From: Candidatus Bathyarchaeota archaeon
GTDB lineage: Archaea > Thermoproteota > Bathyarchaeia > Bathyarchaeales > Bathycorpusculaceae
Direction: 5' to 3'
Length of the DNA stretch: 64,000 nucleotides
Assembly: GCA_963768425.1 (NCBI GenBank)
Contig: CAVYHV010000006.1
Coordinates: 96,001-160,000, forward strand
Of the stretch, positions 38,565 through 48,794 are shown one piece after another (position 1 is the stretch's first letter; each line of letters starts with the position of its first letter). The position numbers were made by a program, and so were the translations under genes. The notes under the pieces were generated by a model. It had not been told where the DNA came from. It was given only the letters and a program-made list of their open reading frames with translations, and searched no databases.

Positions 38565-39203
38565 ATGCCTAAGCTTTACCTTTTAGGCGGAGAAAACGTC
38601 GCGAAACGAACAGCTTGGGAAGTAAACGAAAAAGCCTTCCGTGACGCGGGTGAACATGCCGTTGTGGTGGTGTTTCCTTGGGCAAGAGCATCTTTTGACA
38701 GAAAATACGAGAAAAGAAAAATTCTCACCGATTATTTCATCAGCCTCGGCGCAAGAACCGTGGATTTCGTGGGCTACTCTGACCTATCTGAAACAATCTC
38801 TCAAAAGATTGCTGCGTCAAACTTAGTTTATCTGACAGGAGGATACGTCAACGCTCTAGTTGAACGCCTAAGGAAGAGACACGTGGATAAGTTGCTTCGA
38901 GATTACCATGGCGTCATCGTTGGGAGAAGTGCTGGCGCGTTGGCTCTTTGCAAAAAATGCGTAATAACCTGCCACAGCAACCAGAAAATCAGGTTGGTAG
39001 AGGGTCTTGGCTTAGTCAGTCTTTCCCTTAAAGCTCATTATAAAGCGCAAAAAGACGACGCTTTGCTTCGTCTGTCCAAAGGCGAGAAAATCTACGCTGT
39101 TCCATCAAGGTCAGCAATCGTTTACACCGACGGCGTCTGCTCCGTTATCGGGGAAGCTTACATTTTTGAAAATGGAAAAAAAACACAGGTTACAGCGTTC
39201 TGA
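38565..39203 (+). CDS. Peptidase E / S51 family (type 1 GATase-like)
   Basis: YLTGG, GRSAGA nucleophile motif, EGLGL, AHY. Confidence 0.8.
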   Translation: MPKLYLLGGENVAKRTAWEVNEKAFRDAGEHAVVVVFPWARASFDRKYEKRKILTDYFISLGARTVDFVGYSDLSETISQKIAASNLVYLTGGYVNALVERLRKRHVDKLLRDYHGVIVGRSAGALALCKKCVITCHSNQKIRLVEGLGLVSLSLKAHYKAQKDDALLRLSKGEKIYAVPSRSAIVYTDGVCSVIGEAYIFENGKKTQVTAF

Positions 39204-39273
39204 GTCTGTTGTCAAGCAGGGTTAAAACTTAAAAGCGAACCCGACCAACGTTTATCAAGAAGAGGCGGCATCA

Positions 39274-40161
39274 ATGTCGGTTCCTTCATATAACATAGCT
39301 GATGGTTTTGAAGCATCATATGGTGTTTCTCCGGATGGAAACACAATTGTTGCCGTGAGGTGCCACAAACCCCTCAAATTCCGAGAAATCTACGTTGGAA
39401 CAGGCAGCTTAGCATTCCGTTGGGTTTCCAATGGCAAAAGTAGGTCGTGGCAGTTTACTCCTTCGCTTGTAGATCCAACGCCTGCACCGCACTCAGAAAC
39501 TTTAGCGGACGACGGAGTAACCCAAATAATCAATGTGAACCTATGCGGCAAGATATTTCCCGCATCGGGGCTAGTCGACGTGAACGTGGACGGCGAAATC
39601 GTTGCGCCCGCAATCCACTTCGACGTGCCGCATGCTTATGACCTCTGGGTTTTTCTTCTGCGTTCCCCGTGGTTTCCCCTCAAGATAGCCGTTGAAAAAT
39701 CGTCGCTTAACATAGCGCATAACATGGCTCAAGCAGCGGCTCAAATTGACAGCATCAATGTAAACGGGGGCGGCGAGCAGATGCTACGCGGGGATTTGTC
39801 AGTTCACGGCGAAGGCTTCCAACGGGTCAGGCTTTCAATGCATAGAAGCACAGAAAACTCCTCTCTCGAGGAGCAACTTGGCGAAGTCACCGACGGCATG
39901 CAAACCTTCACTTGGAAGCCCGCCATAAGCAGCTTTAACCTCATGTTAGTAACGACTTCCTATGGGCATCTGGGTGCGTTTGTGGATTTCTTGAAGTATA
40001 TGGGGGCGACTATTGTTCCAAGCAGCTTTTTTGGGCCCTCCCTCCAAAGCCCCTTTTTGCTTTCTGACGGCTTAAACATGACTTACCGGTTGAAGCTAAC
40101 TGGGGACAAGCATATTATAGGGCACGAAAAAGACGAAGCAGCGGTTACGCTTAGGCCTTAA
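39274..40161 (+). CDS. Hypothetical protein
   Basis: 295-aa ORF with GAGG RBS; no recognised family. Confidence 0.55.
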   Translation: MSVPSYNIADGFEASYGVSPDGNTIVAVRCHKPLKFREIYVGTGSLAFRWVSNGKSRSWQFTPSLVDPTPAPHSETLADDGVTQIINVNLCGKIFPASGLVDVNVDGEIVAPAIHFDVPHAYDLWVFLLRSPWFPLKIAVEKSSLNIAHNMAQAAAQIDSINVNGGGEQMLRGDLSVHGEGFQRVRLSMHRSTENSSLEEQLGEVTDGMQTFTWKPAISSFNLMLVTTSYGHLGAFVDFLKYMGATIVPSSFFGPSLQSPFLLSDGLNMTYRLKLTGDKHIIGHEKDEAAVTLRP

Positions 40162-40393
40162 ACTTCTGTAACCTGCGTTTGTGCCAAACGGCTAGGGCGA
40201 CGGCTACGAAAATCAGTATCAGCGTCAATGCACCTAGGACCGTAAGGGGAATCCTAAAGGCTGGTTGATCCTGGAGAACGTTTGTAGTCGGTAATCCGCC
40301 CAAATAAGCTGCTAGGAAAATAACGACGAAGACCGCGCCTACTCCCTCAATAGAGTATAAAACCGCGGTTAGGTTCTTGTTTTCTAAAGCCAT
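40151..40393 (-). CDS. Small 2-TM membrane protein
   Basis: Two hydrophobic helices and a basic tail. Confidence 0.6.
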   Translation of the reverse strand: MALENKNLTAVLYSIEGVGAVFVVIFLAAYLGGLPTTNVLQDQPAFRIPLTVLGALTLILIFVAVALAVWHKRRLQKFKA

Positions 40394-40564
40394 TTTTCTG
40401 AACCTTCTTTTGTGTGTGGTTAAGGATTAAGGTTGATTTGTATTTAACGTTAACCTTTGTCGGCTTCAAGCTGGCAACCCATACAGATTTTCAAGTGTGT
40501 CTACGCTTAACCGCAAATGTAATATAGTTTAGAGACCGAGTTTTGATGTGTTATCGGTGAATGT

Positions 40565-41515
40565 ATGGCTTCCCAAAAATTCTTCTCGCCGTTGAAAGCA
40601 GGTTTATTCATAGTTGTCTTATCTTATTTTCTGTTTGCTCTGCATGATGCCTTCACGCTTTCTTGGATAGGCGAGTGGAACCGCTTTTTTGTAGGACACT
40701 TTATCTTTGAAGTCTACGCTGAAGACATCATCGGCTTCGTCGGAGCTCTTTTCCGATTTGCAGCCGGTATCGTAGCAATAACAGCAATCATATATTACTT
40801 CGCCAAAAAAGGCATCTCCAAACCCGCAACCTTCAACGCACTTCGACTCATAGTGATTTTTGAAGGAATCTATTGGGCTCTAGCGTTCCTTCCAACAGCA
40901 TATTTTGAAAACAAAGACCTGTTCTTCACCGGAACTTTTGGCCATCTTTCCGCAACAGCTTTCCTTAACACTTTTGCGATAAATGCGCTGCCTCTCTTAG
41001 TTGAATCCATAGTCACTCCAATCCTCCTCTTCATTCTTGCCTACAAACTCAACCCGAACAAACCTTTGAAGGGCGCGATACGCTGGGGAATGATTACGGG
41101 AACGTTTTATGTTTTCTTGTTTTGGCTACTTAACACAACCATATGGATTTCCGTGATAGACGAGCCTGGAAAAGGAACAGCTTACTTAACCTCAACCCCT
41201 CAATACCTTGTCAGTTTTGTTTTAAGCGCTTTCGGACTGCTGCTTCTTGGAATTTACGCTGCGGGCTTTACTGCAAAATCGAGAAGGGCGCAAACTCTGC
41301 AAGAACTAAGTCTCAAAACAGTCGGCGTCATTATCCTAGCTCTTGGTATGTATTTCCTCTGGAACTATTTAACGTGGATTTTCTTCGGAGGATGGAGCAA
41401 CTGGTTCGCATGGTTCCTTGGACACAACGAGGACCTCTGGGCTCTGGCGCTTCCGCTGCTTGGATTGCCGCTGCTTTTCGCAGATAAACCTCAAAAAGAA
41501 AGCGCTGCCGTTTAG
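40565..41515 (+). CDS. Multi-pass membrane protein
   Basis: About 8 hydrophobic segments; GGTGA RBS. Confidence 0.7.
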   Translation: MASQKFFSPLKAGLFIVVLSYFLFALHDAFTLSWIGEWNRFFVGHFIFEVYAEDIIGFVGALFRFAAGIVAITAIIYYFAKKGISKPATFNALRLIVIFEGIYWALAFLPTAYFENKDLFFTGTFGHLSATAFLNTFAINALPLLVESIVTPILLFILAYKLNPNKPLKGAIRWGMITGTFYVFLFWLLNTTIWISVIDEPGKGTAYLTSTPQYLVSFVLSAFGLLLLGIYAAGFTAKSRRAQTLQELSLKTVGVIILALGMYFLWNYLTWIFFGGWSNWFAWFLGHNEDLWALALPLLGLPLLFADKPQKESAAV

Positions 41516-41570
41516 GCCCGTTTTGGGCAACTTTTTTTAAACAGTTCGGCAGCATACACCTTGATTTGCT

Positions 41571-42254
41571 ATGCTTAGATGTGCTTTACTCGCGGTTGCC
41601 ATAGCTCTGTTGGCAGTCAGCCCGATTCTTGCCGTAGCTTTCGCCCAGAGCAGTGTGGTTGGTGTCAAAGCAGGCGATTGGATACGCTACTCAGTGAAGG
41701 AGACAGGTATTCCGATCTCAGAGTACAACATTACATGGGCGACAATGAACATTACAGCAGTCAACGGGGAAGTCATAACCGTCAATGTTCTAACCCAATA
41801 CGGCAACGGAACCCTGCTTTCGGAACCCGGAATAAACCTTAACGTGGCAACAGGCGCAATCGGAGACGGTTTCTTCGTGCCCACTGACCTGAAACCAAGT
41901 GACCGATACTCTACTGAATACGAGGGCATCATAAACATAACCAGCGTCAAGCAAACTCAAGCTGGAGGCGCTCAGCGATCTGTACTTGTGGGCATTACAA
42001 GTCAGAGTGTCTACAACTGGGATAAGCAAACCGGCATCATGGTAGCGGCCACGTCAAACCTGCCCGGCTGTGTGATGCACACCACAACAAGCTCAACTAA
42101 CCTTTGGTCACCCACCCCTCAAATCCTTGGCTTAAGCCAAATTGTAGTCTATGCGCTTGTGCTTTCGATTGTCGGAGTCGCGGCGGTTTTGGCAGGAGCT
42201 GTTTTGCTTCTTGTTCGGCGCAGGAAGAAGGTTTCGTTTGCTCCAACTTCATGA
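41571..42254 (+). CDS. Exported protein with C-terminal TM anchor
   Basis: Signal peptide AFA|, GVKAGDWI.Y, WDK.TGI, C-terminal TM plus RRRKK. Confidence 0.7.
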   Translation: MLRCALLAVAIALLAVSPILAVAFAQSSVVGVKAGDWIRYSVKETGIPISEYNITWATMNITAVNGEVITVNVLTQYGNGTLLSEPGINLNVATGAIGDGFFVPTDLKPSDRYSTEYEGIINITSVKQTQAGGAQRSVLVGITSQSVYNWDKQTGIMVAATSNLPGCVMHTTTSSTNLWSPTPQILGLSQIVVYALVLSIVGVAAVLAGAVLLLVRRRKKVSFAPTS

Positions 42255-42414
42255 ACATTTGTCCTTATCTTCCCCGTTTGCAGCAAGAAAACCTTAGAGC
42301 AAATGACAAGTGATACTTGTGCATAATTTGGTAAAGCCGTGAGAACACCGACGTCGCGATAATTAGCGAAAACAAGAAAGGTTGGTGGATTCTCTTGACT
42401 GCTGGGTGAACCAA

Positions 42415-42825
42415 ATGAAAAATTATAGCCGAATCCTCTTGTTGAGAATAAGCTTCTGGCTGGGCGCCGTTATAGATGGCTTTGTGGCTGTGCAGCTTTT
42501 GTTGCCTAACTTCTGGGCTAGTTTCGACGGATTAAAGGCGTATGAGCCCTCGGCTTCACTTAACTTTGCCCTTGGCATCGCCAGCGCGTTAATGTTCGGC
42601 TGGACCTTCTTGCTCATATGGGCAGACAGAAAACCCCTCGAAAGAAAAGGTGTCCTGCTTTTAACCGTAGTCCCCGTAATTTTAGGACTTGTGCTAAACA
42701 ATGTCTTAGCAGTTACCTCTGGATTAAGACCGCTTCAATCCACGCTTCCTGAGTTGGGCCTCCAAGCAGGACTCGTTGTCTTATTCGTGTTTAGCTACCT
42801 TAACGTGCGGCGGGTAACTGAGTAA
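42415..42825 (+). CDS. 4-TM membrane protein
   Basis: LM.GWT.LL.WADRKP.ERKG motif between hydrophobic helices. Confidence 0.65.
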   Translation: MKNYSRILLLRISFWLGAVIDGFVAVQLLLPNFWASFDGLKAYEPSASLNFALGIASALMFGWTFLLIWADRKPLERKGVLLLTVVPVILGLVLNNVLAVTSGLRPLQSTLPELGLQAGLVVLFVFSYLNVRRVTE

Positions 42826-42873
42826 TGCCAAAGCTTATAGGTAGCTTTTCGAATAGGCGAGAATAGAGGAAAC

Positions 42874-44229
42874 TTGCTGAAACATAAGGGAAGAGTTCTT
42901 CGGATTTCAATCTTAATCCTGTTTTGTGTACTGCTTTTCATGTTTGCTGCAGGCTGCTTCCAAGGTTCCACGGCAACCGCGTCTGCTCAGCTTATTTCTT
43001 CACCGAAAGGACCTGTCATCATAGCCAACTTCAACGTGCCAGTTGACCCAGGTGCATCTACTTTTATGGCGCGTGTTGTCTCAACCGCGCAGGGTGACCA
43101 CGCAGCCGCTATAGTTATTGAAATGAATACTCCTGGCGGATTCGTTAGTGACATGCAATCTATTGTTAACTCCATAAAGGCGGCGAATTCAACTGGCATT
43201 CCAACTTACACTTTCGTTGTGCCCGACGGCTTTGGGGCTTCCGCCGGCAGCTACATAGCCATGGCTTGTAACAGGATTCTTATGGCTCCCGGCTCAGCTA
43301 TCGGGCCGAGCACACCTATAGTCGTAGGCGGCACAGCCTTAGAGCAAAACCACACGCAAGCTTTTTTCCTCAGCTACATGCAAGCCTTGGCTGCGGAGTG
43401 GGGACGCAACACCACCGCCGTCTATTACATGGTGCAATCTGACGAGGCATTTTCAGCGACTCAAGCAGTCGAATTCCACGTAGCCGACGGAACAGCAAAC
43501 TCTCTGTCTAACGCAATTAACCAGCTTGGATTATCTGGGAACCCTCAGACCACGCTTGGCGAAAACTTTTACGAGCAGCTACTCAGTGCCCTAAGCAACA
43601 CTCTTCTGGACGGCATCCTCTTCCTTATAGGAATTGTTGCAATCGTACTTGACTTCTTCCACCCCACAATCGTGCTCACCATTTTGGGCGTCATCGCGAT
43701 CGTTGCAGGCTTGGTTGGGGCAGAAGTGGTGGGTGCCTCGCTACTTGGAATAATCATTTTAATCGTGGCGGCAGCGCTTATCGTTTTGGAACTCAAGCTT
43801 GGTCACGGCTTCGCACTTATGGCCGGGGTCCTTCTCGGAGCTATCGGAATCTACTTCCTCTCATTCAACCTTCAATACTCGCCCTCCCCAATAGGCAACT
43901 TAGCAATTCTTGAGCTCAGCCTGATTGTTATATTCGGGGTGCTCGCGGGACTATACATCCGATGGGTTATCGGGCCAATCAGGCGACGCACTAAACTCAC
44001 AGGCGCCGAAGCTTTGATAGGTAAAACAGGTCTCGCCATCACGGAATTGAAACCCAGGGGCGAAGTCAGGGTCGAAGGGGTCATCTGGCGTGCCCAAACG
44101 TTGTCAGGCGAAATCGAAAAAGGCGAGCGGATCACAGTTAAAGCAATGAAGGGTCTTGTGCTGACGGTTGAGAAATTTCAAGAAGCCGAGAGTCAACCAT
44201 CGATAAATAGCCAAACAGGAATGAAATAG
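42874..44229 (+). CDS. nfeD: NfeD-family membrane-bound ClpP-class serine protease
   Basis: MNTPGG, ASAG.YI, MAPG..IG, TM region, C-terminal OB fold TG.E.LIGK.G..L.P.G.V.VEG..W.A. Confidence 0.87.
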   Translation: MLKHKGRVLRISILILFCVLLFMFAAGCFQGSTATASAQLISSPKGPVIIANFNVPVDPGASTFMARVVSTAQGDHAAAIVIEMNTPGGFVSDMQSIVNSIKAANSTGIPTYTFVVPDGFGASAGSYIAMACNRILMAPGSAIGPSTPIVVGGTALEQNHTQAFFLSYMQALAAEWGRNTTAVYYMVQSDEAFSATQAVEFHVADGTANSLSNAINQLGLSGNPQTTLGENFYEQLLSALSNTLLDGILFLIGIVAIVLDFFHPTIVLTILGVIAIVAGLVGAEVVGASLLGIIILIVAAALIVLELKLGHGFALMAGVLLGAIGIYFLSFNLQYSPSPIGNLAILELSLIVIFGVLAGLYIRWVIGPIRRRTKLTGAEALIGKTGLAITELKPRGEVRVEGVIWRAQTLSGEIEKGERITVKAMKGLVLTVEKFQEAESQPSINSQTGMK

Positions 44230-44300
44230 CCAAACCGTCGATTTTCCACAAGTTCGGATAATCTAATATACCTTGCCATCAGGTATAATTTTCATTACTG

Positions 44301-46697
44301 ATGCTGATGAACAAGCACGTTTGGTTTTTCTTTGTTCTTGTTTCCATTATTCTATTCCTATCTTGTTTCCCGCCGGCAAGGTCAACTGCACCAGCCAATC
44401 CAGGTATTGATTCTTGGACGATGTTTCTTCATGATTCAAGTCATACTGGCACATCAGATAACGAAGCATCAGCGAATTCCGCTCAGCTCCTATGGAACGC
44501 GACAGTCATGGATTCTGTTGTGTCTTCTCCAGCGGTAGCGGATGGCAACGTCTTTGTAGGCTGCAATGACGGAGCCATTTATTGTCACAGCGCCTCCACT
44601 GGCAAACTGGTATGGTTCTTCTACCAAAACAAAACCGAAATGATGTCTTCCCCAGCCGTAAACGATGGGTACGTCTACGTGGGTTGCAACAACGGGAACC
44701 TCTACGCGTTAAACGAAAGCAACGGCGACAAACTTTGGAATTTCACTACGGGCGGATGGGTTGGTTCATCTCCAGCTGTTGCCGACGGCGCGGTCTACTT
44801 TGGGTCCCGCGACGGGAACATCTACGCTTTGAATGCGGAATCGGGTGCTTTGCTTTGGAGTTTCCAGACGGGCAGCGAAGTTGAATCGTCTCCAGCAATC
44901 TCGGACGGTGTGGTCTACTGTGGGTCGGACAACTTTTTTGTTTACGCACTCAACGAATCCACTGGAAAAGAGCTGTGGACGGCGCCAACTGGAACAACCA
45001 TTTCTTCTCCCAGCCTGAGCAATGGCTATGTGTACGTAGGCTCTTATGACGGCTATGTCTGCTGCCTAAATGCATCTACGGGCGCAAAAATCTGGAAATA
45101 TCAAACTGCTGACTCCGTAGTTTCTTCGCCAACCCTCGGATACGGTTTCGTCTTTTTCGGCTCTGAAGACAATAGGGTCTATTGCCTTAACGCCTCAACG
45201 GGCAGCAGGGTTTGGAGTTGCCCAACTGGATACTGGGTCACCTCTTCTCCGGCAGTTGCAGGGGGCAACGTATACGTGGGCTCTGAAGACGACAACATCT
45301 ACTGCCTAAACGCCACAACAGGAGCTAAAGAATGGGTTTTCCAAACAGGGAGCTACGTAGAATCTTCTCCAGCCATAGTAAACAATACGCTTTACGTTGG
45401 ATCCGATGACGCCCACATCTACGCTCTAACTCTATTGAACTCAAGCTCCAGAACACTCCCAGTGCAATCCCCATCCTCTTTGCATTCAGCTACGATTATC
45501 CTTGATGCTGCAGCGTGCGTGGTCGGCGTTTTGATTGCCTTCTCAGGCTTCCTGTTTGTACGCTCAATTAGACGCGCCAAACGTACCGCTCAACCCGAAG
45601 ATGCTTCAGGTGAGAAATTGTCTTGGCTGGCAAGGCACGTTGACGCGGTTTGTGTCCTATTAATTCTGGCTTTTTCAACCCTTTTCTTCGTTAATTTAGG
45701 CAGCGGGCATCTCATCGCTGCTGATGAACAAACGTATTCCCAATGGACTTATCACATGATTAAGACAGGTGACTACTTCACGCCCTGGGCTTACGGCAGC
45801 CTCTTCTGGATAGGCAAACCGCCGCTTGTCATGTGGCTCATGTCCCTTTCCTACCAGGTCTTCGGGGTAACCAATTTCGCCGCAAGAATCTGGAGCGCAA
45901 TATTCGGCACTCTATCCCTAATAGTCATCTACTATTTCGGAAAGAAACTCTACAACCCCTACGTTGGGTTCCTGTCAGCGCTTGTGTTAGGCTCATTCGC
46001 AACTTTCTACGCGTTTGCAAGACTCGCGATGACCGACATTCCCCTAGTCTTCTTTATCCTGGGCAGCATGTACTTCTTTGTTTCAAGCGAAAAAACGGAA
46101 AACCACAACAACCGAAACGCAGCCCTAAGCGGATTATTCTTCGGGTTAGCATTGATGACAAAACAGGTGGAAGCCCTGTTGGTCCCCATAATTTTGTTCT
46201 TTTATCTTTTAGCGACAAGGAAAAACTTTCGGTTTGTCTTCACGAAAAGCTTTACGCTTTTCTGGGGAGTTGGTCTTCTGCTTTTTTCTCCCTGGCTAAT
46301 CTACATGGCTATTCGGTTCGGGTCACAGTTCTGGCAATGGTACTTTGTCTACAACGGCATTTCAAGGTCCGTTGGAACCGTAGAAAACCACGTCGGAAAC
46401 TACCTCTTCTACTTCAACTACATAGCCCACACCGAAAGCCCATATTTAGTAGCCATTTTGCCTTTCGCAACTATCCTCTGCCTCTTCAACAGCGTTTGGA
46501 AGCGCATCAAAGAGGACACATTGATTTTCTTATGGATCGCAATTGTGCTATCAATTTTCACTGTGGCCCAGACGAAACTTGAATGGTACATAATCCCCGT
46601 TTTTCCAGCTTTCGCAATCGCCATTAGCAGCCTCATTTATCAAGTGGGGAAGAAAGTCTACAATTTGGCAAGGAAAGTGGCTTCCCAATTACCGTAA
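44301..46697 (+). CDS. PQQ-like beta-propeller fused to a GT39/ArnT-type (GT-C) glycosyltransferase
   Basis: Signal peptide; about 8 SSPAV.DG.VY.GS.D..YALN..TG..W repeats; then DE..Y, KPPL, AAR, R.AM.D, MTK, K..WYI.P motifs. Confidence 0.82.
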   Translation: MLMNKHVWFFFVLVSIILFLSCFPPARSTAPANPGIDSWTMFLHDSSHTGTSDNEASANSAQLLWNATVMDSVVSSPAVADGNVFVGCNDGAIYCHSASTGKLVWFFYQNKTEMMSSPAVNDGYVYVGCNNGNLYALNESNGDKLWNFTTGGWVGSSPAVADGAVYFGSRDGNIYALNAESGALLWSFQTGSEVESSPAISDGVVYCGSDNFFVYALNESTGKELWTAPTGTTISSPSLSNGYVYVGSYDGYVCCLNASTGAKIWKYQTADSVVSSPTLGYGFVFFGSEDNRVYCLNASTGSRVWSCPTGYWVTSSPAVAGGNVYVGSEDDNIYCLNATTGAKEWVFQTGSYVESSPAIVNNTLYVGSDDAHIYALTLLNSSSRTLPVQSPSSLHSATIILDAAACVVGVLIAFSGFLFVRSIRRAKRTAQPEDASGEKLSWLARHVDAVCVLLILAFSTLFFVNLGSGHLIAADEQTYSQWTYHMIKTGDYFTPWAYGSLFWIGKPPLVMWLMSLSYQVFGVTNFAARIWSAIFGTLSLIVIYYFGKKLYNPYVGFLSALVLGSFATFYAFARLAMTDIPLVFFILGSMYFFVSSEKTENHNNRNAALSGLFFGLALMTKQVEALLVPIILFFYLLATRKNFRFVFTKSFTLFWGVGLLLFSPWLIYMAIRFGSQFWQWYFVYNGISRSVGTVENHVGNYLFYFNYIAHTESPYLVAILPFATILCLFNSVWKRIKEDTLIFLWIAIVLSIFTVAQTKLEWYIIPVFPAFAIAISSLIYQVGKKVYNLARKVASQLP
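44520..45430 (+). repeat. Intragenic ~120-bp repeats encoding ~40-aa propeller blades
   Basis: Recurrent TCTTCTCCAGC..GT and TACGC..T.AA units. Confidence 0.75.
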
Positions 46698-46711
46698 GGT
46701 TGCTAAAGTAG

Positions 46712-47650
46712 CTAAAATTTTCTGGGTTTGCGATTGTATAGCACAGTTGCCAGCTCAAGAATTGACAATGCCGCAATCGAGTATAGCGGAATCCAATCGT
46801 ACAAGAACATCTGCGACACAACGGAGGCATTTAGCTCCGTTGACAAAAACGAGAAGCCCACGCCATTGTAGAGGAAGAATGGCAGATTTGTGGCAGCAAG
46901 AAAAGCAGCCGTTCCACCTATGAATTTCCAAAGCGAGCCCCTATTGTACCACAGCAGAAGAGGCACCGCAAACAGAGCCACTCTTGGGTCGAACGCTCCG
47001 AAAGCGAACAGCAAAGCTGATAGCCACGGTTTTTTTGCGAACCCAAAGTAGATGGCGCCTACCAGAAAGAATGTTTGGAGTATGTGGGCATTTACCAGTA
47101 GGTACCCGCAATAGTAGCTTGGCGAGAAGGTTTGGACATGCAGGCTAAGCATGCGGTAATGGAAGAAACCCGCGATGGAGTAGCTTGCAGAAGGCGCAAC
47201 GAGGATGGGGTCAACCAAAACAATCACGGAGGCAGCGATCCCCGCAAAGAGGTTTTTGCCTTTTATTAACATAAAGACAAAGAAAGCCAAAGGCAGCATT
47301 AAGAGAAATTGTACTGTGTCAAAAGCGTTAAGTGCGTTCTGGTAGCTTAAGGCGAGGAAAGGCGAGAAAAGTATCAGAAAAGAAGGAGTGTACTTGAAGG
47401 GTTGCGCCTGCCCCTGAATCTGGTAATCGCCTGGTTGGACGCTGGGGGAGTAAACTTGGGTTGGATTATGAAGAAGCCGCCATCCACCCATGTAATAGGC
47501 TGAAAAATCTCGCGCCAACGTGGCTGATTCGGGCTTAAAAGTTTGAGGATAAGCATAGGCGAATATGCTGAAGTTCAGGAAAACCAATAAGGCAATAACG
47601 GAAATGGTCGCCGTCTTCTTGGATAACACGAGCTTCATTTGCTTCCCCAT
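46712..47650 (-). CDS. GT87-like (GT-C) membrane glycosyltransferase
   Basis: DFSAYY..G......Y, F.Y.P.F..LF.P motifs; multi-TM. Confidence 0.6.
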   Translation of the reverse strand: MGKQMKLVLSKKTATISVIALLVFLNFSIFAYAYPQTFKPESATLARDFSAYYMGGWRLLHNPTQVYSPSVQPGDYQIQGQAQPFKYTPSFLILFSPFLALSYQNALNAFDTVQFLLMLPLAFFVFMLIKGKNLFAGIAASVIVLVDPILVAPSASYSIAGFFHYRMLSLHVQTFSPSYYCGYLLVNAHILQTFFLVGAIYFGFAKKPWLSALLFAFGAFDPRVALFAVPLLLWYNRGSLWKFIGGTAAFLAATNLPFFLYNGVGFSFLSTELNASVVSQMFLYDWIPLYSIAALSILELATVLYNRKPRKF

Positions 47651-47866
47651 GGGAGGAGCGACGACTCTGTTTATCTTACGATTTATCCTTTGCGGTAAAC
47701 TCCCTAAACCACCAGAAACCCATAGAGAAAGGATGTTTTACCAAAAACGTTCAATTTTTCGGTTAAGCACCAAAAACCCTCCGTTAACGCGAGGTAGGCT
47801 TCACAGAAAACCTTTAATCGCAGAAAATTTCTGTTCCCTCTAAACATTCAAGGAGAAAAATTTGAA

Positions 47867-48028
47867 ATGTCAACATCCCAAGAACCAAACACTATCCCAA
47901 ACACCGCAAGCAACGAGCAGATTGCACGATTGGAAAAAGCATTGAGGAGGTCCGAACTGCTAACCTACGCAGCGGCAGGTCTTGGAATAGTCCTTCTCGC
48001 CGTCATAATTTTGATCTCCCTACTGTAA
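47867..48028 (+). CDS. Tail-anchored microprotein A, 53 aa
   Basis: MSTSQEPNTIPNTASNEQIARLEKALRRSELLTYAAAGLGIVLLAVIILISLL; AAGGAG RBS. Confidence 0.6.
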   Translation: MSTSQEPNTIPNTASNEQIARLEKALRRSELLTYAAAGLGIVLLAVIILISLL

Positions 48029-48071
48029 ATTGGGCGAAAGAAAAAAACAAATTCGTGGGAAGGTGAAAGTA

Positions 48072-48176
48072 ATGGACGACGCTATTGAACGGACAATTAA
48101 GAGAGTGGAGCGGTTAAACAGAATCCTTACGGTTGCCGTTATTGTGGAACTTGTAGTTCTGATACTTTTCATTTAA
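48072..48176 (+). CDS. Tail-anchored microprotein B, 34 aa
   Basis: MDDAIERTIKRVERLNRILTVAVIVELVVLILFI; AGGTGA RBS. Confidence 0.55.
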   Translation: MDDAIERTIKRVERLNRILTVAVIVELVVLILFI

Positions 48177-48314
48177 TTTCACAATTCGAGTTTTCCTTGG
48201 TAAAGGTAGACTCTGTTGACTTCAATGTGGGCAAAATATATAGGTAGCAAACGAAAGATGACATTAATGAGAGTTCTGGATGTAGATAAAAAGTGACTAG
48301 AGGATGTTAGAAAA

Positions 48315-48644
48315 ATGGTGTTTGAAAAAGTCGCTGAAACCGGGGAAATATCTCCTGGACAAATGAAAACCGTCAAGGTTGGAGCAGAGGAAGTTTTGGT
48401 TGCAAATGTGGACGGCGTGTTTTACGCACTTGGAAATGTTTGCACTCATGAAGGCGGAAAACTTTCCCAGGGAACCTTGCAAAAAACTACAGTTACCTGC
48501 CCTAAGCACAAAGCCCAATTTGACATAACAACAGGCAAAGTAGTTTCCGCCCCAAAAATTCTATTTATGCATCCCAAAATCAACAATGGAATCCCTTACA
48601 CGGTCAAAGTTGAAGGGACAGCCATTCTGATTGAGCAAAAATAA
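48315..48644 (+). CDS. Rieske [2Fe-2S] ferredoxin
   Basis: CTH...CPKH..QFD..TG. Confidence 0.87.
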   Translation: MVFEKVAETGEISPGQMKTVKVGAEEVLVANVDGVFYALGNVCTHEGGKLSQGTLQKTTVTCPKHKAQFDITTGKVVSAPKILFMHPKINNGIPYTVKVEGTAILIEQK

Positions 48645-48721
48645 TACTTTTCTGCGTTGAAAGTAGAAATGCTAAATCAAAGCAAGAAAAAGGGGATTAG
48701 TATTCTTTAACAAAGTAAAAG

Positions 48722-48794
48722 TAGCCCGGGAGAGATTCGAACTCTCGTCGGAGGGTCCAAAGCCCTCTATGCTTGACCACTACACCACCGGGCT
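48722..48794 (-). tRNA. tRNA-Gln(TTG)
   Basis: AGCCCGG/CCGGGCT acceptor, GAGGG-CT-TTG-GA-CCCTC anticodon arm, GTTCGAATC T-loop. Confidence 0.93.

Noticed and set aside
45833-46582. 249-aa alternative-frame ORF and the many antisense ORFs in the track
   Set aside because: They are shadows of well-supported genes, with no motifs or RBS.
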